64,000 nt of DNA from Lama glama (taxonomy: Eukaryota), in the NCBI GenBank assembly GCA_028534125.1, contig CM052816.1, forward strand, positions 51,772,001 to 51,836,000, given 5' to 3'. Numbering within the stretch: position 1 is the first letter of the stretch; the number at the start of each line of letters is the position of its first letter. Positions 26,860 through 40,569 of this stretch are shown here, in pieces. The position numbers were made by a program, and so were the translations under genes. Under the pieces are notes generated by a model. That model saw only the letters and a program-made list of their open reading frames with translations, did not search any database and was not told the origin of the DNA.

Positions 26860-28629
26860 GTAAGAATAAATTTAAAATATTTTTAATCAATCCTGACATC
26901 CTGTAAAAGATGACCACTACACTGCATTCCATCTCCATTGCCCAATAAATGACCCATTGTTTTATTAATTAAAGAGGATATTTTAAGGCTTGCTCTGCAT
27001 GGAAAACCGCATCAGGTGCTAATGAGAGACACAAAACAAAAATTACTATAATCATTTATTTTTCATCTATATTGAGTTGACATGCTTTACCCCATCTGCT
27101 ATAATCCTATCAATAACTCTTCAAGGTTGGTATTATTCCCATTTAATGAGAGGTCCCAAGACTTGCCAAGATTACACAGGCAGTAGAGCAATGGAACGTG
27201 AATTGTAACCCAGGTCTACCAGGCTCTGAATTCCATACTCTTGTACTTTAATACACAATCTCATTGCTCTTAAGGAAGTGACTATCAAATTGTCCTTCCA
27301 CCTTCGACTCTTGATATTTAACTGGTAGTGCTTTCATTTTCTGTGAAGCAGCATTCCCTGGTGAGAAGCTGAGAGAGGAAGCTGTGTGCGTACAGAGGTG
27401 AAAGGTCCCATCTTTCCTGCTCTCCCTGTCTGTTCAGGGACCACTCCTGTCAGCCTATATTTCTTCTGCTACTTCCTGTTTCCAGCATCCTTAATCCAAC
27501 CTTCTCCACTCTCCCTCCTTTCCTCAAATGTGGAACTGTGCTCCTTGTCAGCCGCACTGTCAGGGATTGAAAGCACTCAGGTCACACCCCCTTCTCCAAG
27601 GAGTCCCAGCTACTGGGCTACAGGGCTCAGGCCTCATGAATCCCTTGCTTAATGGAAAGGATTGGTGAGATGGGCTTCCTACTATGTTCAGCATTACCAT
27701 TTACTTATAATTTGGATGGCATTTCATCTTTAAATTGTCTAAATCTCACTATGATTAATAGCATGTAATAGACAATGTACTACTACTAAAGTGAAACATC
27801 CGTGGATTCATGTGTTACATTTGCATAGATACCAGACTGATACCTCCAGATTAATGCTATCATAAAAACACTCTAAGAGGAAACACGTCACAATTTTCTT
27901 GCATCAATATTTGTACAAAGCTTTTAGCAAGAACAGTGCCTAAACTTTGGGGTTCTTTTCAAATGTTTTTCCCACTATTTTCTATGTCACCTGACATTCC
28001 AGCCAAATTGAACTTGAATGAATGGAGGAATGAATGAATGATTATTCATCTTCTTTTTTTTTTTTTGCACAGCTACCATGACTCAGGTACTCTGCCAGGT
28101 GTTTTCATTTGATCCGCACAATAACCCCATAGGTATTATTATCTACATTCTACAAATTTTTTAAAAAGCGACTTGCCTTATATAACATAGCTGCTAAGTG
28201 GCAATCTGGGATTCAAAGGCAAGTTGTTTGATTCCAAACTTAGTACTCTTTTTCAATATATCACATTCCCTTACCTAAGTGTCCTTCTTGGACTGTCCAT
28301 AAAATTCACTAGTCTTCAAATATTATTACTTTATCCTAGAGAAAAATAATTTTGTGGGAAACAGAGAAGTATCCTTCTCTGTAGTGTTGAGGGTAGCAAC
28401 CTTAGAGTCAGATGGTCAGCATTCTCTTACCACGTGCAGAATTATTCCTTCTGGGCAAACAGCTCTAAAGCCAGACTTCGAGAAATGATGCTGGCTTTCG
28501 GAGAATTGTACAAACCAAAGGGCGAATGTGGACACCAGTAATGAAGTTATGCAAACAAGCAATAGAAATGAGTGCTTTATTCTACCAGGTGGAAAATGGA
28601 GACTTCCTATCACTGTTCTATTTACACAG

Positions 28630-28758
28630 GTCCTGTGAAGTCATAGACTGGGTGAGTGAAGATGACCAGATATACTATATCACTTGTCCTGTGGTGAATG
28701 ATGACAAACCCAAAGACTTGGTAGTGCTTGTATCACGAAGAAGGCCTGTCAAAGATGG
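28630..28758 (+). CDS. ACOT12: ACOT12 exon 13
   Basis: acacag| and |gtgagt; SCEVIDWVSEDDQIYYITCPVVNDDKPKDLVVLVSRRRPVKDG; 129 nt. Confidence 0.95.
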
Positions 28759-29325
28759 GTGAGTATATGCAATTCAAGCGTTACAGCAATGTTTTATAGC
28801 ACAGAGTAGGGAAAAAAGGTGATATGAAAATAAGTCAATGGAATAAGCATTTCTGGTCTTGAATGATGTTCATATAAATTTTTTTCTAGATGGGACTTTT
28901 AGTTATCATTAAAAAAATAATTTTCTAAGTGCCAGCCATATGCCAGTCATCATACAAGATTTCTAGAGCAGCTCCCTTTCCTTTTGCTATATGCAGATGT
29001 AAAACTGGTATTTAGCAAACCTTTAAAACATTCCATCATTGATTAAAATGCAGCGAAATAAATAAAATAAATAAAATAAAACACAAGGAATTGGTTTGGG
29101 TTCAGAATTTACAAAGGCTCAACTGTGCTAAACACCCCAAATGGCTGGCTGTCGATCAGAGTGTCTGTTCATGGCTTCTCCATGGGCACTGGACTTCTTG
29201 GAGAATAGTGTCTAGTTTCTAAGAGGAAGGGTCCCAAGAGCAAATGTTCAAAGGGATAAGAAGTGCAAGCTGCCAGGACAGTTACAGTCTGCCCTTGGAA
29301 CTGGCCAGCATTATTTCTGATGTCA

Positions 29326-29483
29326 AAGTGGCAGAGTGTGTGCTTAGCATGCACGAGGTCCTGGGTTCAATCTCCAGTACCTCTGTTAAAATTACTAACT
29401 AACTAAATAAACCTAATTACCTACCCACCGCCCCCCCGGGGAAAAACAAAACAAAACAAAAACAAAAAGAAAAGAAAAGAAGA
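29326..29483 (+). mobile_element. tRNA-derived SINE (Vic-1-like), 5'-truncated
   Basis: GAGGTCCTGGGTTCAATCTCCAGTACCTC and AAATAAACCTAATTACC shared with 8203-8322; A-rich tail. Confidence 0.82.
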
Positions 29484-30259
29484 AATAATCCCATACATGT
29501 GGGATTAATGTACATGGATGTTCAGTGCAGTATCATTTACTATGGAAAAAGATATTAGAAATAAACTGAATCTCCATCTTACAAATTATGGTAGAACCAC
29601 AGTACAGAGTACTGTACGAGCATTAAAAAGGATGAAATAGTTATAAAGGCACTGATACAGACATACCTCCAAAAAGTTACTGTTAGGTAAAAAAATCAAA
29701 TTATAGACCAATAGTTATAAAATGATTATATTTATGTAAAAATCTACATGTGTCCATTCGCTTACATAAATGTTATATATTTATAAAGACCTGGAGGGTC
29801 ACAACAAAACATTAAGAGCAGTCATCTCTAGGATAGGAGTGTATTGCAGCTAGGGTGGACTGAAAAACTTCTATTGTCTAATCTACAGAGTTCTCTATTA
29901 TTTGAGGGTTCTTTAGAACAACAGTATTATTTTTTCATTAAAAAAGGAGAAGAGACTGAAATTACACCCTATTAGGGTACAATCAAACCCGTTTGGAGGT
30001 TGACTCCAGTTTTGTGGAGCTATGCAATGTATATGTAGCTCTCAGGCAGAAAACACCCATGGCCCTTATTACTACTTCCTGTGCTTGAATGTGGCCATGG
30101 GGAATGTTTTCTAATGCACACATACCTCTTGTCTAGATGTTGGTCTCCAAAGTTCTACTTCTACTATATAAACAAATTGCATTAACTATAGGAGTTTATT
30201 TTCTAACAACTATTCTCCATTTCTCTCAAGAACTTAGAAAATGTCCTTTTATCTTCCAG

Positions 30260-30386
30260 CAACACTTACACAGTGGCAGTGAAGTCGGTTATTCTGCCAT
30301 CAGTCCCACCTTCTCCACAGTACGTCAGAAGTGAAATCACATGTGCCGGATTTCTCATCCATGCTATTGATAACAGTTCATGTACT
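30260..30386 (+). CDS. ACOT12: ACOT12 exon 14
   Basis: ttccag| and |gtaagt; NTYTVAVKSVILPSVPPSPQYVRSEITCAGFLIHAIDNSSCT; 127 nt. Confidence 0.95.
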
Positions 30387-30647
30387 GTAAGTCTGACGAA
30401 ACATCTGCAGATTAATTTGCTCCTACAGATACAGAGAAACCTTTTACCCAGATTTACTAGTTAACTGTAATTTTGCAATGTGTCCATCCACACCCACCAG
30501 GAAATCCTAAGGTCATCCTTTCAGATCCATTCCCAGAAGACTAGGGCCAGAGCTTCCCAACAACAAAACGATTAAGATCCCTCCCTACTTGAAAAAGCTC
30601 CAAGGCAATAAGAAATTAAAATAGTGTTTTGTTTTCCTTTGAAACAG

Positions 30648-30797
30648 GTATCTTACTTTAACCAGATTTCTGCTAGCATCTTTCCTTACTTTGCTGGAAA
30701 TCTTGGTGGCTGGTCAAAATCCATTGAAGAGACAGCAGCTTCCTGTATACAGTTCATAGAGAATGCTACTGATGATGGGTTGATAAGCCTATTTTAA
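30648..30797 (+). CDS. ACOT12: ACOT12 exon 15, coding part to the stop codon
   Basis: aaacag| acceptor; VSYFNQISASIFPYFAGNLGGWSKSIEETAASCIQFIENATDDGLISLF then TAA at 30795-30797; in-window exons total 1471 nt with all phases consistent. Confidence 0.95.
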   Translation, partial: VSYFNQISASIFPYFAGNLGGWSKSIEETAASCIQFIENATDDGLISLF

Positions 30798-32151
30798 ATT
30801 ATAAACTTTAAATTACCTGTCATTTGATTTCCCACTTTCAATTCCAAGCACCCTTAGCACTGACACTTGACAAGCTTCTGGGCCACAAAATAATTTAATA
30901 TCAGCTTAAGCAAAATGTACTTACGAAGAGGTTAAAAAACAAAATGTGACCCAAGTCAAGTATCAGTGATTTGGGTTAACATTGAAAGAGCTTTAAAATT
31001 ATGCTTTAGATCATCTGTGACTCTGCTCTTGTTCAGGGACACAGGCAATGGAAAATTTCCCATTTGCAATATTGTGTATTCTGTAAAATGGTGACATTTT
31101 GGTTAAAATAATCAAAACATGTTTAGGCCACAAAGGTGACATGTGTTCTGTTTGAAATTTTATAAAATTTTATAAAATCAGAAATGAAAAGTTGGCTAGT
31201 TGATTAATGACGTGGGGTTGTTCCGTGTACGGCAGGTATCTGTATGTCAGGAGCACCTGACAAGACGTATTACATGTTTTAGGGCTTTAAATTAGGAAGA
31301 CATTAAAACATAATGGAATCCAATCAATTTTAGTAATAGGAACTACTTTACTAGTGTCATTTAGCATACATCAAGGTAGCTGACCAATTTAGTACCTATT
31401 GCTCTATATACACTCGCAAAGTACCTGCAGAATGTGATATTGTAGAGAAAGAATTAACTGAGCTCTTCTCTCATAACCATTACATTAGAGCTTTATTCCC
31501 TAGACTTTGACATTTATTATTTTACTCTGTCTGTGATTTGTCTTTATCTCATAAGACAAACCAGCATATGTCAAGCTAGCCTCCTCTACAGGACAACTTG
31601 TAAAAGTTGAAGAACTTCTCGATTAAGGTTCAGAGCACTTAAGAGGTTAGATACAGCCTGCTTTAGTTTGTCACATAATTACCTCTGTTTCCCCATTTAC
31701 TCACCCAATCTAGGTATGGTTGTAATTATTTTTATTATTCTGTACCAGCAATTTTTATTTATATGAACTTTGGACTGTGCCCCAATTTTATGAACTAAAA
31801 TTTATATACAATAAGAAGAGTGGGTATGTAGATTTAAATGCTTATATACTACATTCCAAAAATAGAAAGATTTTTGAGAATGCTTTTAGATTTTAAAAAA
31901 GGTGAAAAAATGTGCATTAAATGGAGTTACATTACACTAAAATTTTGTATGCTAAAATTTCAGGCCCCTTCTACAGTTGAAACACTTCCAACTTGTCTCT
32001 CTTATGCCTTTGAATTTATATATTTTTAAAGTTTTTCATGAACAGTAACAGGAACATTGTGAGGCTGAAGGAACAGAGTAACTTTGGCTGGATCACTTTT
32101 AGACATAAAGATATCACCCACTCTAACTTATAACACAGGCACAGTCTATTC

Positions 32152-32270
32152 CAGCAATGTTCAACATGGTAGCCACTAGCCATACGTGACCATTTAAATT
32201 AAATTAATTAAAATTAAATGAAATCAGTTCTTCAACAACACTGGCCCCATTTCAATATTATCAGTCACAT
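32152..32270. mobile_element. hAT-Charlie fragment (MER3/MER33-like)
   Basis: ATGGTAGCCACTAGCCATACGTGACCATTTAAATT motif. Confidence 0.6.
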
Positions 32271-32510
32271 GCAGTCATCATGGCCTAGGTTGAAAGTGCT
32301 CACTTTCAGACTATCGGACTAGAGAGACTTTAAAAAGGCATGACACTGGAAAAGACAGCAATGCATTCAGGCTCTACTTAGGGCATCTCAAAAAGTTTAA
32401 AATCTATTGCCTGAAATCATGTCACAACTAAGGCACTCCTGCTGTAAAATTCAACAATAGCCCGTAGGTCTCCATTTCCTCTTTTTAATGGAAATGTGTT
32501 TGATTGCTCT

Positions 32511-32925
32511 TTCATTCATTCAATAAACATTAAGAACCTACTCTGGGTTAGACACTTTTAGACTCTGTGGGTTCAGCAAGGAACAGAAACATACTGATCA
32601 CATCATAATAAAACAAGTAATATAGAATATTTAGGAGGTAAGTGTTAAACAGAAAAAGAAAGCAGACGAAAGAATGTGAGTGCTGGGGAGGTGTCAGAGG
32701 TGGTTGTTCATATTTTAAAGAGGATGTCAGAGTAGGTTCCACTGAGGAACATTTGAGCAAAAACCTGAAGGCAGAGACTGAGTCTTGAGGATCTCTGGAT
32801 GTAGCATGTTTTTTGCAGAAGGACTCGCCCAGGCAAAATCTTTGAGATGGGAATGTTTCCAGCACTTTGTGGGGAAAGCAGATGCTGGAGAGGCTGGAAC
32901 AGAGTGAGAGGTGATTAAAGACAGC
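32511..32925 (-). mobile_element. L2 3' fragment
   Basis: TTCATTCATTCAATAAACATT terminus; ACATTTGAGCAAAAACCTGAAGG block. Confidence 0.7.
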
Positions 32926-33278
32926 CTTCCCTGCTCTCTGTGGTGCCCTGGCTTTAAGCAAACATGACTGCTCCAAGGGTAAGCAGCTAAGCTGGTTCTT
33001 CAGCCATCACCCTTCAGCCCCTGGAGACTAAGGACAGAGGGAACATAAATATGTAGCTATGCTTATTTTTTTCCTTTGGAGTGTCAAAGTATCCTCAAGG
33101 AACACTCAAGATTTCATGACATTCTTGATGGTAAGGGTTTTCAAGTGCTTCTAACAGGACTGAAAGCTTTTTGATTAAGGAAGGAAGCTCATCCCTATTA
33201 ATTCTTCCTGGATTTAATGCAACTGAGTTTCTGATTTGTACTCAGTTTTTCTATCATATGTTTAAAAGAAATCTAGGG

Positions 33279-33459
33279 AGTATAGCACAAGAAACTATAT
33301 TCAATATCTTGTAATAGCCTAATGAAAAAGAATATGAAAAGGAATATATACATATATATGTGTAAATGAATCACTATGCTGCACACCAGAAATACATGGT
33401 AAACCGACTATACCTCAATTAAAAAAAATAAGGATTTAAATAAACAGATAAAAGAATTA
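33279..33459 (+). mobile_element. 5'-truncated L1 3' end with 15-bp TSD
   Basis: TATAGCACAAGAAACTATATTCAATATCTTGTAAT...GACTATACCTCAATTAAAAAAA; TSD AAAAGAAATCTAGGG at 33264-33278 and 33460-33474. Confidence 0.88.
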
Positions 33460-33811
33460 AAAAGAAATCTAGGGGAAAAACGTGAAAACTGATCTGTATA
33501 GTTTAGAATGTAGGTTAAGCTTATATTTACCTTTATACTCAAACACCTCTAGGATATGATGAACAATTTTAATAAAAATGGGAAGAAATCCAGAGTATTT
33601 TTATATATACTATCACATGGTTTTGTTTATATTTCTTATTGCACATTTCAGAGATAACTTTGGAAATTTTTTTGGTATATTTATAGAAACAGTTTTGAAA
33701 ATATATGTTGAAAATATATATACTAAGGAGTAAGTTTTACGGTTTAGAATAAATTATTTAAATGTAAAATATTGAGTTTGTTCATGATTTATTTCACCCA
33801 TTTGAAGGTAA

Positions 33812-34304
33812 TGTAACTACTGGGACAGACAGTTCACCACGGGCTCAGAGTGGTCTTGCGTGTTCCTGTTGAGGTGCCAGACTGCAAGACTTCATTTCCT
33901 AATTCTAAGCAACATCTGTAGCTAGTCCCATAGGCAATTAAGTGGGACAAGGTGACCACAGCATGACTTCAGGGGTAACAGCTCACTCTCTGGGCACAGG
34001 AAACTGGCTTGTTTGCTGCTTGCTACAGTGTTTGCAACTAGCCCAGAGTGCTGGGCCCTGGGTTTCTCAGCTGTGACACAAACCCGCTATGTCTACAGCA
34101 CCCGTCTGCGCCCACCATGTCACCCTGTAGGACTTATGGAAAAAGAGAAGCAACATACTTAAGTTAATACTCACGCATTCACTGTCCCATGAGTAATCCA
34201 GTCCTTTGTCTCTGAACCAGGATTCTCGTGCCTTCTGCCAACATCCATGAAACAGTTAACAGACTAGCTTATTAAGAATCTCAGACCCTTCACAGTCCTT
34301 GACA
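33812..34304 (+). mobile_element. Solo LTR (MER68/MER77-like)
   Basis: TGTAAC...TTGACA ends, 4-bp TSD GTAA; U5-like CTCTGAACCAGGATTCTCGTGCCTTCTGCCAACATCCATGAAAC. Confidence 0.78.
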
Positions 34305-35149
34305 GTAACTCATCTTCAGATTCAAAAGTGAGAAAAATATTACAAAACACCTTTCTCATTTTATATTTGCAAGTATAAAATACCATATAAAAATTATACA
34401 TCTGATGCCATCTTTCCCTTCCTCGTTTTGTGACGTTTTTAGGGACATTTGAAAATAGATTCAAAATTAGTATTTCCACATTTCCAGAGCTCAATATCCC
34501 TTTCCATGTCCTCCCTTCTTTCCTTACCTGGCTTAGATTCCATACTCTATTATTAATTACACTCCCTGGAAAACACCTGTACCTTTGCCTTTCCTTCAAC
34601 TTGTCTGGCAAGCTTACAACTGTGGTTAAATTAAAGTATTTGCATTACCTCAGCCCTGCACCGAGTACCTAAAAATTATGAACTGGTCTCACTTGAAATT
34701 TATGACCACACATTTCAAAGGGCTCTGATAATCCTACTACATTTCCTATATGTTTGCTATTTCATACTGCCTTCTCTTCCTTCAAACTTCTCATGTCCCC
34801 TACTCTTGCTCAGTTCATGAACTTTAGAAAATATTTCATTGAGGAAAATATAAACCACAAAGCAGGAGTCTTATTATACGCCCATCAATGCACTTTCCAC
34901 ATCTTTACCATCCCTCCTATTATAACGAAGTAAACATCTCTACCTCCTGCAAAGAACCATCTCTCTAACCTTCTCGAAGACTTCCCCCCTTCAATTCTTT
35001 TTTCTCTACTTCAGGAGTTTTTCCTGGATTATTTCCATAGCCACTACTATCTCTTATCTTAAAACAAAACAACACTTCATCTTACCCCATTTCTTAAAGG
35101 CCATCCCATCTCTATTTCAATTATCTACAAATTTGGTCTTCATATCCTT

Positions 35150-35500
35150 ATTTCATTTATCGAATCATATTTCTACCTCACTACTCCACAAAGCCCTCTC
35201 TTACCGCTCTTACCACCCATGTCTTCCATATTGCCAGATCTAATGGCCCTGCTCTTGGCTTATTTAGCCTCTGGGCAGCATCCACAACGTTGACTAGTTC
35301 TTTCTTTTTGCAACATTTTCTCCTTGTAGCTTCCGTGATGTCACACTCTTGGGTTTCCTCCCACCTCACCAGTTCCACTTTTAAAGCCTCCACTATGGTT
35401 CTTCCTCCTCCACTGGATCTCTAAATATTAGACTACCCAAGAGCCCTGTCCTTGGCCTCTTCTCCTCTATTTCCATTCCTCAGTGAGTCCACCCATTGGT
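35150..35500 (+). mobile_element. L2 fragment
   Basis: Pyrimidine-rich L2 ORF2-type sequence (CTACTCCACAAAGCCCTCTCTT...CTCTTGGGTTTCCTCCCACCTCA). Confidence 0.6.
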
Positions 35501-37485
35501 ATATTTCACCATTTAGTATGTTCGCAGGATATACTAATGAGCAAGACTCAAAATTCCTGCCCTCATGTAACCTATAATCTGGTGGAAAGGGGATAAGTAG
35601 TGTTAGACATAAATTATGGAGAAAATTTAGAGTAAGAGAATGAAAAGTTATTGGGATGAGGAAAGAGCTATTTCCTGTAAGGTTGTTCAGAAAAGACTCT
35701 CTATTAAGTGGACAGACGCCTGACAGAAATAAGAGAGGGCTGACTCTGGGGGTGCACAGAGGGGAATGTCAAGAAAGAGCAACTTGAGATTCAAGCCTGT
35801 AAGCATGGAATATAATAGTAGTGAAAAAAACGGAGATAAGAAAGAAAATTAGTCCTTTTTTTCTCAGGAGAAGTGATGAGATTTAAAGCTACTATGAGTT
35901 TGAGGTGTTAGCGGAACATACAAGAAAGAATGTCCAGCAGGCAGGTGAGAAAACAGAACTGAAACCAGAGACTTTAGGGCTAGATGTGGATTTAGGAATC
36001 AGTCACAGAAAAGTGAAAGACAAGCTTGTAAGATGACATCTCTAAAGGACTAAAGGAAGAAAAGAGTGCTAATGACTAAGTCTTAGGGGATTCAATGAGG
36101 TATTTATAAAATCTAATGAAATATCCCTGTTATTATTTTTACTGACAATCTGATGTGCATTTTTTTCCCTAAGTCTCCTCTCCGTTTTTCAGCCCTATTA
36201 GGATGTACGTGGCCTTGTTTGTCTTACTCACTGCCACCATCTCAAGTGCCTGAAAGAGTACCAGGAATGCAGCAGGTGCTTGGAAAACATACAATGAATA
36301 AATGTCTGCCTTCCTCTATTAGCATTCTTAGTTAAGAAAATAACTAACGCCCCTCGTTCCTTTCAAGCAATAGTCTCTCAGAATGTCAGAATTTTTGTCT
36401 CTGTTGAGTTCCTTTGACAAAGCGTCCATACGCTTTTCCAATGTTACATTCAGCACCTGCAATTTATTTCTAATGATTTCACCGTCTACTTTATAGATCA
36501 TTGAAATGTAAACTAAGTAACCCAAGGAAGACAAGATGGACACTATTATCTCTGCATTGAAGCCTACATAAAAAACGTGAGACTTAACTTGCAGCTGACA
36601 GGTTTTCAACTTTCCAGAGCCTGCTACTCCTACTAGGACAGATGAAATAAATCTGGGTGTGTTCAGACTTAATGACCAGGGCAGCCTTGCTGTCTTTCTC
36701 CAGCTGCATGACTTGTACAACTCCTCTCAAATGGAACTCATTTTCTTAAGCTCTGGGATGCTAAGCCATATTCTGTCATGTTTTCCTCTGTCACTGAAAA
36801 TAAAAGAACAGCTCCTATTAAGACTAGAACTGTTGAGTTGCACAGACATTAAAACAGAGAAAAGTATTCCTTTTCTTATTTGGTAAATATTTTGCTTTTG
36901 AAATATCAGTAATTAATCACAGCTGTTTCCTTTCATTACAAACGTACCCAATCAGGTAAAATTTCAAATAAAACACACAATCCAACAGTCATTCCATTAT
37001 ACAGTACATTGGGAACCTTAAGCCTTGCAAAATATATGTATTAGGTATGCATGTATTCATCAAATCAAACAAAGAAACTAATGGATCTCTGATTAGTGTT
37101 CTAACTCTATTATGATGATACGTGCATCTCACCCTGACTCATCTAAAACAGGCGAACAAAATGCTATTAAGTTTCACATACAATCTGTTATGTGCCATCA
37201 TCATTCTGGTCAAATACCCCAAAATGAATTTTGGCTAGAATTTTTCCCTTGAAAATCAGGGGCAAAGAAAGAGCTGCTGTTAAGCTGAGGTACTCGTCTA
37301 TTTTAACCTCAATAATTTGTAATACTTTATGTCAAAACTAAAATGAAAATTAACCAAAATTTACCTTGTCTAGGATCCATAAAAGATTGCGTTTCCAAAG
37401 GGACTGTCACATGGACATTAGTGGACAATGGCTTATTCAATCCACAATTAGGCATTCAGAAAAGTAAGTAAATAGCAAATGAGTT

Positions 37486-37491
37486 TTTATT
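37486..37491 (-). terminator. ZCCHC9: Candidate ZCCHC9 polyadenylation signal AATAAA
   Basis: tttatt on the + strand, about 485 nt downstream of the stop codon. Confidence 0.55.
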
Positions 37492-37975
37492 AAATATTCT
37501 AAAAATACAGATTTGGGGAGGCAATTATAAATAAATTTCTAATATAGTAATAAATTGGTAGTTTGAACCAAGAAAACAATGTAACGAAAAATTCATTTCC
37601 AAATGCAAAGTAGTTACCCTATATTTAGGGATGGTTCATATTAGTGCATAATTATATTTTTAAGAAAAAGATAATTGTTACAATCAGGTTTATAACCAAT
37701 TAATTACACCTAAGTTCAATCTGTTAGTAATATATTCTTTTAGAGAATCCAATTTAAACATCTTAACACCTTTTTTTTTTTTTTTGGATTTTCTCCAAAC
37801 AATGGTGGAAGTACCCCTTGATAGACAGAACTCAGGAAACAGTTTGACCACACCCAGATTATACTGATATCTACAATACAGGACTCCAAGGCGGAGTCCA
37901 GCTCTATCTTGTGAACTAAGTCCAGTTCAGAATGCTTAAAAATGACGCAGTAACTAAAGACAGTACTCATCATTA

Positions 37976-38094
37976 TCAAAAATTAACAACTTTAGGTATC
38001 TTTGTTTTGGGTTTCTGTGGTTTAGGCACATCCAAAATTTCTTCATAATCTGCACTCATTCCCTTTGCCCAGCGACCAACTGTGACCATTCGAT
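37976..38094 (-). CDS. ZCCHC9: Zinc finger CCHC-type containing 9, last coding exon
   Basis: tttacag| acceptor; RMVTVGRWAKGMSADYEEILDVPKPQKPKTKIPKVVNF then TGA; 119 nt. Confidence 0.93.
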
Positions 38095-39349
38095 CTGTAA
38101 AGAAATAGAAAAGCCAGAATGTAAGAAAAAGTCATCAAATACATCCACCTAGATTGGTATTGGTTTAGCAAAAGAACTAGTTTTGACATGAATAATCACA
38201 AAGAGAGAAGACTCCATCACTAAAGGAAAGCGAGCAATTCTGTAATTGATTATAATCCTTGATTTCAGAGTACCACAGGCAATTTCTTGTCCCAATTAGG
38301 GAAATGCAGCAACTGCTTTGCAATGCACAAATTGATGAAAAAGCTCTTTCATTCCTTCCCAGAGTTCACCATTATAGAGTCAATGAATTCCAAGAGTCTG
38401 TAAACAGCAAGACTTATGAAGCATCAGTTTTAAATGCACAAGATTCCACCTGTGAAATTATAAAACATCTGCTTGTCAGTCTTGTCATTTGGGAAGTGGC
38501 AATCCTCCCAGGAGGGAGAATTCAAATTCCACTTCATCATTTCAATCTCACTGCCTACAGTGTAGTATAGACTGACTTCTTCTAGACAAGACTGTAAGCA
38601 AGAACAAGCTTTCAAATTCAAGTGGTAGGGGTAGGAAGTAAGAATGAGCAGATTTATTTGTGTGGTACTATGACTATCTGATGTAAAAGAAATGTGCTTT
38701 TTCCCTAAGAAGTACTAGTGGGCTATTCTACTGTCTTGTTTTTTTTTCACACAGGACTATCATCACTCTAATTTAGGTAAACTAATGTAATAATTGTCTC
38801 CACACTTCCCAAAAATTTGCCTTAGATTTTGTGAACAGTTATGAAGTTTTTGATGACTAAGGGTAGTATTTCATTAGGAATAAAATATAACTGACCACAT
38901 GCTGTGTGAATAATACAATTTTAATATTTTTGCCAGTTTTTGTAACTAACTCTGAATCCTTCAGAGGTTTTAGAGCATACATGAGGATATACAATCATAT
39001 GAATATTGAAAGTTATTTTCATATTTCTCATTTTAGTGAATCAATACTTAATTAGCTCTATTATTAAGTACATTAGTTAGCTAATATAAATACTTATGAA
39101 TAAAATGCTTTATAAAATCAGGGTCCTCTGGGGTTTACTGGTCCCCTTTTTTTTCACACCTGAGAACAGCAGCTGATTCTCACTTCTGTGTCTACTACTG
39201 ATACAGAAATGATCAAGTCATCACTGCAGTAAGAAACCAGGCAGCCTTAAAATCAGTTGTACCTCAGTGAGATATTAGTATCAAAATTCAGCAAAAACAC
39301 AGAGGAACACTAATCTCACCCCTTCTAAATGGAGACCCAGAGAACGCAC

Positions 39350-39418
39350 CTGAATTCTGACTTTCAGGGCAATCTTTCTTAAAATGTTTCACAGAGCCAC
39401 AAAGTCTGCAGCAACCAC
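39350..39418 (-). CDS. ZCCHC9: ZCCHC9 coding exon 4 (knuckle 4)
   Basis: ttgtag| and |gtgcgt; GCCRLCGSVKHFKKDCPESQNS; 69 nt. Confidence 0.93.
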
Positions 39419-40569
39419 CTACAAAAAGAACAAAGTCATTGAAAACCTCTCAGACTTACATAGGGTTTTTAATGTCTCAAAGCACTTTTATATCTTATTT
39501 GGTCTTCATAACCTTGTCAGTTGTAAAGTAGCTGGAGCCAGGTAGGTGCCACTATTCCTATTAATAAACCCATTCTCCATTCCTCCTGACCTCAGAGAGC
39601 ATTAATCTGTGCCTACCCACCATTTCTTGCACCTGGTCTTCAGGGGAGAAGTGAGAAAGAGAAGTGAGGAATGATGAAAGGTACCTGTCCTCTGGAATGT
39701 CCAAGAGCCATCCAAGAAGCTTGGATTTTAACCAGGGTTAGATACGCAGGGGCTTGTGAACTCTGCAAAATTTGTGTGCAAATGCATTTTTTGAGAATGT
39801 CCATAGTTTTTGTCAGATTCTCCAATAATTAATGACCTCGAAAAAGGTTAGGAACCACTGCTCTGCTATACAAGTCAGATGGGGGTGAGAAGCTACAAAA
39901 GGAATGAAATTAACTTTTGTTTCAGTGCCTTCTATCTGCCAGGTATCCTAACTCACAAAAATGCCTATTTGCCTACTTTAAGCAACATTCCAGGATTGTG
40001 AATTATAACACATATGGTTTCTAAAATCAGTCTTTCACTGAATGGTCAAACACTATTGCTTAATGGTCTAGCATATCAATCTTCCTCATAATGTTATGTG
40101 ATTTAGTCAGAAAAAATGACCCTATAGGACATAAGCCTGGATGAATTCTCATTTCTATGTGGTCTACTCCCCTTCCTATACTTTTTTATATCTAGTCATT
40201 CTGGTTGACCGTACAAAGCCACCTTTGTTCCCTAGCCATATTATATGACCTGTTTCTTAAATTCAAAATTCAAAGGTACTTTTGAGCCTTTTCCACGTCC
40301 AGGACTCTTCGCTGTTATAGATGCCACAGTGAAATAGCAGAGACACTTAATAGTATGTTTTAATCCTCCATAACTCTTCAAGGTAAAATACCATAATTCG
40401 TCAAATCTAAGATAGCCCTGATTATAAGATTTATCATTATTTTACATACCTCTCTGGGGAAGAAAAAAAAACCCTGCCAATTATGTGGCACTCACCAATA
40501 GTAAGATATACTAAGTTTAGAGATACAAAAATGTGGAGAAAAAGTGCATTACAGAATCAGTGAAATACA

